From Candidatus Aminicenantes bacterium (GTDB lineage Bacteria > Acidobacteriota > Aminicenantia > Aminicenantales > CALLJL01): DNA of 64,000 nt. The stretch lies in contig JBBIRF010000003.1 of NCBI GenBank assembly GCA_037441905.1, forward strand, positions 39,690 to 103,689, in the 5' to 3' direction. The notes beneath the pieces are model-generated. The model had not been told where the DNA came from and did not search any database. It was given only the letters and a program-made list of their open reading frames with translations. The translations under genes and the position numbers were made by a program. Of the stretch, positions 37,559 through 45,194 are shown piece after piece (position 1 is the first letter of the stretch; each line of letters starts with the position of its first letter).

Positions 37559-38019
37559 CGCACCTTCTTCTGGTTAAGAAAAATCGTGATTCTGAGGAGG
37601 GTGCCTTTGCCCACTTCGGAGGTTATCTCAAACCGGTCGGCGTTTTTCTTGATGTTGGGCAAACCCATCCCGGCGCCAAACCCCATTTCGCGCATCTCTG
37701 GAGTGGCGGTCGAATAACCCTCCTGCATGGCCAGTTCGATATCAGGAATCCCCTCGCCTTCGTCTTCCACCCAAAAATTTACTTCGCCCGGGGTCACCTC
37801 TAAAATAAAAGTCCCGTGCCGGGCATACATCACAACGTTCATTTCAGCCTCGTATGCCGCGATTGCCGCCCGGCGAACTACGGCTGGTTCTATCCCCAGC
37901 TCCTTAAGGATTTCTTTAATCTGGGTTGAAACATGGCCGGCATGATGGAAATCGCCGCCCTGAATAGGAAAGGATTCGACAAAGCAGCTTTCTCGTCCGT
38001 TTGCCGGCAGGTTAGTCAT
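37555..38019 (-). CDS. Histidine-kinase-like ATPase / anti-sigma-factor-type Ser kinase fold (RsbW/SpoIIAB-like)
   Basis: EDEGEGIP and GFGAGMGLP nucleotide-binding box-like motifs, 154 aa, no HisKA. Confidence 0.55.
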   Translation of the reverse strand: MTNLPANGRESCFVESFPIQGGDFHHAGHVSTQIKEILKELGIEPAVVRRAAIAAYEAEMNVVMYARHGTFILEVTPGEVNFWVEDEGEGIPDIELAMQEGYSTATPEMREMGFGAGMGLPNIKKNADRFEITSEVGKGTLLRITIFLNQKKVR

Positions 38020-38378
38020 CGGTCGACTTCTTCATCCTTGACGCTTTTCAGACCCCGGCCGAAGAGAAGGCCGCAAGCCTGATACATCAGAAATTCGGTG
38101 GATAAAAGCGGGATGCCCTTTTTCTTGGCCAGGGCAATTCCTTCCTGGTCGGGTATTTTGCCCCGGACATAAAGAATTGCTTTGGCTTCGATGATATCGG
38201 CTGTCCTGACGCTCTGAACGTTGGCTAAGCCAGTGATCAGGAGCATGCCTGGTTTACCAAGAGCTAAGACGTCGCTCATCAGGTCAGAGGCTCCCGCCCT
38301 TTCTACCTCATGGTCGAGGTATTCTTCTCCGCAGATAACTCTGGACCGGAGCAACTCCTTTATTTCGCTGAGTTTCAT
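38016..38378 (-). CDS. DRTGG-domain protein
   Basis: LLITGLANVQSVRTADIIEA motif (DRTGG-like), ~120 aa. Confidence 0.55.
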   Translation of the reverse strand: MKLSEIKELLRSRVICGEEYLDHEVERAGASDLMSDVLALGKPGMLLITGLANVQSVRTADIIEAKAILYVRGKIPDQEGIALAKKKGIPLLSTEFLMYQACGLLFGRGLKSVKDEEVDR

Positions 38379-38379
38379 T

Positions 38380-39231
38380 TCAGTGTTCTTTTTCCACGAC
38401 TTTTATAATCATATCTCCTTTGCGGATAACCCTCTCGGAAGGCGTGATAGTTGCGGGACAATTTTCCCAGCAAGCACCACACCCGCTGCATTTGCTGATG
38501 TCGACATACCGCGGTTTTTTTCTTATTTTTACCTTGAAGTTGCCGACAAACCCGGAGACTTCAGCCACTTCGCTCCAGGTCATCAGGACGATATTCGGGT
38601 GTTTACCCACCTCGCTCATCTTGGGCGTAAGAATGCAGGCGGCGCAATCGAGCGTCGGAAAAGTCTTATCGAGATGGGACATATGACCGCCTATCGAGGG
38701 TTCCTTCTCCACCAGGTAGACCTTTTTGCCAGAATTAGCGTAAGTAAGGGCGGCGTGGATGCCGGCAATGCCGCCGCCAACGATGAGGACTTCTGGCCTT
38801 ACGGGTACTTCTTTCTTGAGCAGCGGGTCATGCAGCGCCACTCGCCGGACAGCCGCCGAAACCATAGCTTTGGCCTTTTTGGTGGCTTTTTCCGGGTCTT
38901 CCGTCACCCAGGAGACTTGCTCCCGAATGTTGGCCATCTGGAAAAAGAAGGGGTTTAAGCCACCTTCGTTTGTCACCGTGCGAAAAGTTGGTTCGTGCAT
39001 TAAGGGAGAACAGGAGGCGACGACAACTCGATTGAGGTTATAGTCCTTGATCGCCTGGCGGATGAGCTCCTGACCAGGGTCTGAGCACATGAACTTATAT
39101 TCCTTGGCCACCGCCACGTTATCGAGCTGGGCGGCAAAAGCCACTACTTCGCTCACGTTGACTTTGCCCGCAATGTTAGTGCCGCAATGGCAAATAAAAA
39201 CGCCGATTCTTGGCTCACCATTCTGGTTCAT
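38380..39231 (-). CDS. HdrA-like flavoprotein N-terminal fragment (paralog of 9531-10373)
   Basis: IGVFICHCGTNI..SCSP, LIVGGGIAGIHAAL..VYLVEKEPSIGGHM, CSGCGACWENCP; ATGA overlap with hdrB. Confidence 0.7.
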   Translation of the reverse strand: MNQNGEPRIGVFICHCGTNIAGKVNVSEVVAFAAQLDNVAVAKEYKFMCSDPGQELIRQAIKDYNLNRVVVASCSPLMHEPTFRTVTNEGGLNPFFFQMANIREQVSWVTEDPEKATKKAKAMVSAAVRRVALHDPLLKKEVPVRPEVLIVGGGIAGIHAALTYANSGKKVYLVEKEPSIGGHMSHLDKTFPTLDCAACILTPKMSEVGKHPNIVLMTWSEVAEVSGFVGNFKVKIRKKPRYVDISKCSGCGACWENCPATITPSERVIRKGDMIIKVVEKEH

Positions 39232-40115
39232 CTGGCTCCTCCCATGCTAATTTTTTGCCAGAAAGGCTTAAGGTCGATAATTGACCGGCTAAAGCCCAGG
39301 TCTTCCTTAGGCAGACCAAACGCCAGGCCCATCAACTGACTGAAGTACAAGACTGGCATCATTACGTCCTCACCGTAAGCTTTAACGATCTTGTCTTGAA
39401 GAATTTCCAGGTTGAACTGACAGAGAGGACATATGGTGACAATAGCGTCAGCTCCTCGACGCCTGGCTTCTTTAAGCAGGATAAAATTAAGCCTTTTGCC
39501 TACTTCTTCGATTGTTCCTGTCAGCGACCCACCACAGCAGCGAGTCTTAGCTGAATAAGGAACCGGTTCAGCCCCGATGGCTTCCATCAGGCTGTCGAGC
39601 GTCGTCGGATAATCCGGGTCGTCGAAGTCTGTAAAAGGCCGGACCAGCTGACACCCGTAATAGCAGGCCACTTTCAACCCCGTAAGCTTATTGCGAACCT
39701 TCTCCCGCACCCGGTCGAGGCCGATGTCTTTCACCAGAACTTCGAGCGGATGTTTAACTTCAACGCCACCGTGGTAGGCGCAGCCGGCTTGTTCCAAGGC
39801 ATGATTGATCTTTTTTGCTTTCTCGGTCTCAGCCTTCAAGACTTTATTTGCCTTTTTCAGGGTAAGATAGCATCCGGCGCAGGGGGCTACGATGTCGCTG
39901 GCTTTCTTTTCGGCCAGGCTAAGGTTGCGACCACAGATGGCCGTTGCCAGCGTCTCGTCGACCGAAAAATAGGCGGTCGCCCCGCAGCAGTTCCAGTCCT
40001 CTAGCTCGTCGAGCGGCAGACCCACCTCTTTAAAGACCGGAAGGATTGATTCTTCATATTGCTTGGAGTTACCTTTAAGAGAGCACCCGGGATAATAAAT
40101 ATAATTATTATTCAT
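39228..40115 (-). CDS. hdrB: HdrB-like (two CCG domains)
   Basis: NCCGATAY and CCGGSLT motifs. Confidence 0.8.
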   Translation of the reverse strand: MNNNYIYYPGCSLKGNSKQYEESILPVFKEVGLPLDELEDWNCCGATAYFSVDETLATAICGRNLSLAEKKASDIVAPCAGCYLTLKKANKVLKAETEKAKKINHALEQAGCAYHGGVEVKHPLEVLVKDIGLDRVREKVRNKLTGLKVACYYGCQLVRPFTDFDDPDYPTTLDSLMEAIGAEPVPYSAKTRCCGGSLTGTIEEVGKRLNFILLKEARRRGADAIVTICPLCQFNLEILQDKIVKAYGEDVMMPVLYFSQLMGLAFGLPKEDLGFSRSIIDLKPFWQKISMGGAR

Positions 40116-40693
40116 CAGGCCGCCTCCTTGATTGCCTTCAACAGGGCCTTTAATTGCTTCCTGTCCTTAATGGCTTCTCGCTTAAAACTCATCCGGCCGG
40201 TCTTGAGCAGCTTCAACCCGAGAGGAGTCATTCTTAGCAGGCCCATCGGGTTGCGTGATTTCAGGTAAAGCCGCAGGATAAGCCAGAGTTCGGAATTACG
40301 GCCGTAGTTCCGGATAAGCTGGCTCATTTCCTTATCCAGGACAGGGATGGCCAGGCCCTGAGGGTATACCTTTTCCTCGATAGCTTTTCTCTTGAGAGCA
40401 TACATTACTTCCGTAATCTCGATTTTCGCCGGGCAACGTACCTGGCAGGTGTAACAGGAGGAACAGAGCCAGATGGTGAAGCTCCGTAATGCCTCGTCCT
40501 TGAACCCGTTCTTAACCAGGCCGATAATTTTCCGCGGGGGGTAATCCATATAAACCGACATCGGGCACGAGGAGCTGCAGGTGCCGCACTGGATACAACG
40601 GTCAAGGTCTTCAGCCCCCGACATTTCCTTAATTTCTTCGAGGAAGGTCTTATCTAACTCTTCCTCGTATTTAACTTTGCGCTGGATATCCAT
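40115..40693 (-). CDS. hdrC: HdrC-like (2x[4Fe-4S])
   Basis: CIQCGTCSSSCP, CSSCYTCQVRCP. Confidence 0.8.
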   Translation of the reverse strand: MDIQRKVKYEEELDKTFLEEIKEMSGAEDLDRCIQCGTCSSSCPMSVYMDYPPRKIIGLVKNGFKDEALRSFTIWLCSSCYTCQVRCPAKIEITEVMYALKRKAIEEKVYPQGLAIPVLDKEMSQLIRNYGRNSELWLILRLYLKSRNPMGLLRMTPLGLKLLKTGRMSFKREAIKDRKQLKALLKAIKEAA

Positions 40694-40934
40694 GAATCCT
40701 CCTTAGGTCAAAATGGGAGATTTATGAAAAAAAGACCTTTTTTGAAAGCCGACGGGAAAAAGGCAAAACAGAGCAAAAAAAGCTGGTCTAAACCTTCCCC
40801 CAAGAAGGTCTGGCGCCTGCCTTGTTTAATGAATGCCATAAAAATAAAAATTAGTATTATGCCGCCCGTGTTTTATAAAAAACCGGGTTACGAAAGAGGC
40901 ATTCAACCAAAATTAACTCCTGCATCAATCCAGC

Positions 40935-40970
40935 CTGAAAATGCCTGAACCCCGTTTTCGGCATTTTCAG
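40935..40970. repeat. Perfect 11-bp inverted repeat CTGAAAATGCC-N14-GGCATTTTCAG in divergent intergenic region
   Basis: Read directly; lies between hdrC copy 2 start (40693) and gatC (41072). Confidence 0.5.
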
Positions 40971-41071
40971 AAATGGAATTTTAGTTGTAAGTTAATTGTC
41001 TTGTCAACAGAAAAAATGAAAATATTTCATTCGTTGATTTTTCGGGCGAATCTTAACTATAATGGCGCCGC

Positions 41072-41356
41072 ATGCGTGACCGATTTGACCTTGAACATCT
41101 ATGCCGGCTGGCCCATCTCCATTTGGACTCAGAGGAGATGGCCGAGCTTCGCCCTCAACTCGAGCAGATTGTCGCCTGGGTAAGCCAGCTCGGCGAATTA
41201 ACTATCGAGAAGGAAGCCGGGTTAACCGGAGAAACGCGTCTTCCTTTCCGTCCCGATGAGGTCGAGGCCTCTCTTCCCCGGGAGGAAGTTCTCGCGGCCG
41301 CGGCAGAAAAGGACGAAGCTTTTATCAAAGTTCCCAAGGTGATAGAAGAAAGATGA
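41072..41356 (+). CDS. gatC: Asp/Glu-tRNA(Asn/Gln) amidotransferase subunit C
   Basis: ~94 aa, GatC-like sequence, immediately upstream and overlapping gatA. Confidence 0.75.
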   Translation: MRDRFDLEHLCRLAHLHLDSEEMAELRPQLEQIVAWVSQLGELTIEKEAGLTGETRLPFRPDEVEASLPREEVLAAAAEKDEAFIKVPKVIEER

Positions 41357-42783
41357 GCCGCCCCTTGACCGACTTGCCGGTGCATGAGCTGAGCCAGCTC
41401 GTCCGGCGGGGAGAGGTTAAAGCTCAGGAGGTGGTCGAAGCTTATTTAAATAATATTAAGGAAAAAGAGCCCAAGCTTAAGGCCTTTATTACCGTTACCG
41501 AGGAGTTAGCCCGGCGACAAGCCCGCTCGGTGGATGAGAAAAAGGCAAAGGGCAAGTTGGCCGGCGTTCCGTTGGCGATAAAAGATAACATTTTGACGGC
41601 CGGAGTAAGGACGACCTGCGCCTCCCGCATCCTCGAGCACTATATCCCTCCTTATAATGCCACTGTTATCGATAAACTTCTCGCGGCCGACGCCGTCATA
41701 ATTGGTAAGACTAACATGGACGAGTTCGCGATGGGGTCGTCGACTGAAAATTCGGCTTTTTACCCCACCCACAACCCTTACGACGAAAAGCGGGTGCCCG
41801 GGGGGTCGAGCGGGGGTTCAGCCGCGGCTGTGGCTGCTGGTGAGGCTGCCGCCGCCTTAGGGTCGGATACCGGTGGTTCGATTCGCCAGCCGGCCGCCTT
41901 CTGTGGACTGGTGGGGTTAAAACCGACTTATGGCAGGGTTTCCCGGTATGGGCTGGTAGCGTTTGCTTCTTCCTTGGACCAGATTGGGCCGCTGACAAGG
42001 TCAGTCGTTGATGCTGCCTTGATTTTAGAAGTGATCTCAGGTTATGACCCTAAGGACTCAACTTCAGCCAAAGAGCCGGTCGCTGCTTACAGCCAGGAGC
42101 TTGAACTCACTCCTGGAAGTCTGAGAGTTGGCTATCTTGAAGAATCAAGAGCCAAAGACGCATCTGCCGAAGTCAGGGAAGCCTATCGTCGTGTTCTCGA
42201 GGTTGTGGAATCCGAGGGGTTTGAGTTAGTCCCGGTAGATTTTGCCCTACTCGACTACGCGCTCGCCTGTTATTATGTTATTGCCCCTTCTGAAGCGAGT
42301 TCCAACCTCGCCCGGTATGATGGAGTCCGCTACGGCTTCAGGTATCCAGGAGAACATACCCTTCGAGAAATGTACAGCCTTACGAGGACAGCTGGTTTCG
42401 GTCGTGAGGTTAAACGCCGGATTCTTTTAGGAACTTTTGCCCTTAGCGCCGGCTATTATGAGGCTTATTATGGACGGGCCAGGGTGGTCAGGCAAAAGAT
42501 AGGTGAGGAATTCAGGCAGGCTTTTAAGAAAGCCGATGTGATAATTACGCCAACGACGCCTGAGCCTGCTTTTCTCCTTGGGGCTAAGGTTGACCCGATA
42601 GCTATGTATCTTTCTGATTATTTCACCGTAGCAGTCAACCTCGCAGGTTTGCCCGCCATTTCGCTTCCCGCAGGGTTTACCCCCGAGGGACTGCCTTTAG
42701 GAGTGCAGCTTATCGGCGATGCTTTTAAAGAACAAAGCATATTTCAGCTTGCTTTTTTCCTTGAAAAAAAAGTAAAATCTTAA
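41353..42783 (+). CDS. gatA: Asp/Glu-tRNA amidotransferase subunit A (amidase signature)
   Basis: Amidase signature GGSSGGSAAAVAAG, K...S...S catalytic context. Confidence 0.85.
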   Translation: MSRPLTDLPVHELSQLVRRGEVKAQEVVEAYLNNIKEKEPKLKAFITVTEELARRQARSVDEKKAKGKLAGVPLAIKDNILTAGVRTTCASRILEHYIPPYNATVIDKLLAADAVIIGKTNMDEFAMGSSTENSAFYPTHNPYDEKRVPGGSSGGSAAAVAAGEAAAALGSDTGGSIRQPAAFCGLVGLKPTYGRVSRYGLVAFASSLDQIGPLTRSVVDAALILEVISGYDPKDSTSAKEPVAAYSQELELTPGSLRVGYLEESRAKDASAEVREAYRRVLEVVESEGFELVPVDFALLDYALACYYVIAPSEASSNLARYDGVRYGFRYPGEHTLREMYSLTRTAGFGREVKRRILLGTFALSAGYYEAYYGRARVVRQKIGEEFRQAFKKADVIITPTTPEPAFLLGAKVDPIAMYLSDYFTVAVNLAGLPAISLPAGFTPEGLPLGVQLIGDAFKEQSIFQLAFFLEKKVKS

Positions 42784-42812
42784 CGAAAGTAATTTTAATG
42801 GAAGGAGGAAAC

Positions 42813-43505
42813 ATGACCAGGAAGGGGCTTATGGCCTTTGCCGTGGTAGTGGTCTTTTTAGCTTTGGCGAGCTGTGCTTCCAAGCCAGAAGAAGCTCTCT
42901 TAAAAAGATACTTCAACGCTCTTCAATTGAGGGATGTGACGACGCTTTCGACGATGGCTCTTGAACCGGTTGAAATCGAGGTGGCCGGATGGCAGATTAT
43001 GGCAGTAACTCCGGAGACCGTGGCTCCGGCATCGCTCCCTGAACTCAACAAGAAGGAGCTGGAGCTCAAGAAAAAGGTCGAAGACCACATTGGCCCCACG
43101 ATGGACGCTAAGGATGCCCTGGATGCAGCCCAGGCTGACCTGGAGGCTGCCCGGACAGGCGGGGCGAGGGCTGCGGCCAAAAAGAAAGTGGAGGAACTCC
43201 AGGCAAAGTATGACCAGGAATATAATCTCCATAAAGAACTGCAAAAAAACTATAACGACGCGAAGGCCGCGGCTGCCAAAGAAGAAGAAATGACCCTTTT
43301 TTCGCTGGGGATGACCCAGCTTCCTTCGGTCCGGGACCTTACAGGAACGGTTCATTCGAAAGAGGTCGACGTCAAAATCACTGACCGGGCGGGTAACGAA
43401 AAAACTTACCGGTTATATTTGCGTCGTTATGAACTAAAAGACGAAGCGACGAACATGAACTACCGGGGCCGCTGGGTCATCATCAAGTTCGAACCTCTCA
43501 GTTGA
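42813..43505 (+). CDS. Hypothetical lipoprotein with coiled-coil/Ala-Lys-rich middle
   Basis: Signal + lipobox LALASC; RBS GGAGGAA before ATG 42813. Confidence 0.5.
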   Translation: MTRKGLMAFAVVVVFLALASCASKPEEALLKRYFNALQLRDVTTLSTMALEPVEIEVAGWQIMAVTPETVAPASLPELNKKELELKKKVEDHIGPTMDAKDALDAAQADLEAARTGGARAAAKKKVEELQAKYDQEYNLHKELQKNYNDAKAAAAKEEEMTLFSLGMTQLPSVRDLTGTVHSKEVDVKITDRAGNEKTYRLYLRRYELKDEATNMNYRGRWVIIKFEPLS

Positions 43506-43551
43506 GCTTGACTCATTCCGTTTATAAGCTAAAATATACGGGTTCTCCTGC

Positions 43552-43626
43552 GGGCCGTTAGCTCAGAGGGAGAGCACCGGCCTTTTAAGCCGGGTGTCGC
43601 TGGTTCGAGTCCAGCACGGCTCACCA
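43552..43626 (+). tRNA. tRNA-Lys (anticodon UUU) with encoded CCA
   Basis: Cloverleaf folded by hand: acceptor GGGCCGT/ACGGCTC, anticodon loop CTTTTAA, T-loop GGTTCGAGTCC. Confidence 0.8.
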
Positions 43627-43635
43627 CTCTAAGGC

Positions 43636-43713
43636 GCCCCTGTCGTCTAGCTCGGTCTAGGACATCGCCCTTTCAAGGCGGCAACACGGGTTCAAATCCC
43701 GTCGGGGGCGCCA
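43636..43713 (+). tRNA. tRNA-Glu (anticodon UUC) with encoded CCA
   Basis: Acceptor GCCCCTG/CGGGGGC, anticodon loop CTTTCAA, T-arm ACGGGTTCAAATCCCGT; resembles bacterial tRNA-Glu. Confidence 0.75.
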
Positions 43714-43759
43714 AACTTCTTTTGCTGATTATCCCCGAAGTAGATTCCTCCGGAGAGGG

Positions 43760-45106
43760 CTATGACCACTGGAAATGTTCTTTCCGGAAAAGATGGAGAC
43801 AGGCGTCCACGGCCTCGGAGTCAAAAAGAATCCCCTTGAACCGGAGGATTTCCACTAAGGCTTTTTCGACTCCGAGAGCCGGTCGGTAGGGGCGGTGGGA
43901 GGCCATGGCTTCGACAGTATCGGCCACGGCGATAATTCTGGCTTCGGGCAGGATTTCCTCGCTTCTCAGCCCTGCGGGATAACCCGAGCCGTCGTTTCTC
44001 TCATGATGCTGGAGAACAATTTGGGCCACCGGCCAAGGGAAACGGACGTTCTTCAGGATATCGTAACCAACCTGCGGATGGGTTTTTATTATGTCAAACT
44101 CGACCTTGTTAAGCTTTGACGGTCGGCTGAGAATTTCCGCCGGCACGGAGATTTTGCCGATATCGTGGATATCTCCGGCGACCCGAACCGCCTGAACCTG
44201 GTCCTCGGTTAACCCCATTTTCTTGGCTATGGCCGCGGCGAGCTGGCTCACCCGCCGCTGGTGGCCGGCCGTGTAAGGGTCGCGAATTTCGATCGTCAGA
44301 GCCAGAGCTTGAATCGTTCCTTCGAGAGCTTGCTGGAGCTTATGCCAGCTTTCGACGGCTTCCTTTTCGGCTTGAACGCGGTCGCTAATATCCCGGACGA
44401 CAACGAGCTCGCCCGCGGGTACACGAGGAGAGCCCAATCTCAGCGGCGAAATCGAATATTCTACCGAGACGAGGTTTTTACTCTTCGACCGGAGATAGGT
44501 CAACGACCGATTTTCCTCCACGAGGGGAATCAGCTCGAGAACCTCATCCAGAGGCTTGTTCAGCGCCTCGGCAGCTTTCCACCCGGTGAGCCTTTCCGCG
44601 GATGGATTAAAATAGGTTATCCTCTTCTCGCCGTCCGTGGCGATAACGGCATCGCCGATTGTCCGGAGAATAGTCGTCAGCCAGTTTTCTCTTTCCCGGA
44701 GTTTGATTTCCATCCGGCTCTTAAAAAGAGCCATTTCAATGTTAACCCGCAGCTCTCTTTCATCAAACGGTTTGAGGATATAACCGAAAGGCGTGGTCTC
44801 TTTTGCCCGGAGAAGAGTGAACTCGTCGGCATAAGCTGTGACATAAATAGAGGGAATATCCATTTCCTCCCAGAGTTTTTTGGCTGCCTCGATTCCGTCG
44901 ACCGAACCGCGAAGAATGATGTCAACCAGAGCCAGGTCTGGTTTAAGAGTCGCGGCTAAGTCGAGGGCTTGTTCGCCAGTGGTAGCTACCCCGCAAACTT
45001 CATAGCCAGCCCTTTCAGCCATGTTTTCGATATCGCGGGCGACCAGCCCTTCGTCTTCGACAATAAGCAAGCGAATTTTTGGCTTCATCCCGTTAATAAT
45101 TGCCAA
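43760..45106 (-). CDS. Response regulator with receiver + PAS + HD-GYP phosphodiesterase domain
   Basis: Receiver IRLLIVEDEG...DLALVDI, HDIGK and HHERNDGSGYP HD-GYP motifs. Confidence 0.75.
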   Translation of the reverse strand: MAIINGMKPKIRLLIVEDEGLVARDIENMAERAGYEVCGVATTGEQALDLAATLKPDLALVDIILRGSVDGIEAAKKLWEEMDIPSIYVTAYADEFTLLRAKETTPFGYILKPFDERELRVNIEMALFKSRMEIKLRERENWLTTILRTIGDAVIATDGEKRITYFNPSAERLTGWKAAEALNKPLDEVLELIPLVEENRSLTYLRSKSKNLVSVEYSISPLRLGSPRVPAGELVVVRDISDRVQAEKEAVESWHKLQQALEGTIQALALTIEIRDPYTAGHQRRVSQLAAAIAKKMGLTEDQVQAVRVAGDIHDIGKISVPAEILSRPSKLNKVEFDIIKTHPQVGYDILKNVRFPWPVAQIVLQHHERNDGSGYPAGLRSEEILPEARIIAVADTVEAMASHRPYRPALGVEKALVEILRFKGILFDSEAVDACLHLFRKEHFQWS

Positions 45107-45194
45107 TTATTATATTTATTTAGAGCCTCAGGAAACAAGTTTTTTTTTAGATAACCCGAGAAGCCGACGAGGCGGTTATCGGGAGGAGTAAAAT

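Noticed and set aside
40724-40948. 74-aa ORF in the hdrC/gatC intergenic region
   Set aside because: Lys-rich low-complexity sequence, no RBS, no homology. The region more likely holds promoter or operator elements.
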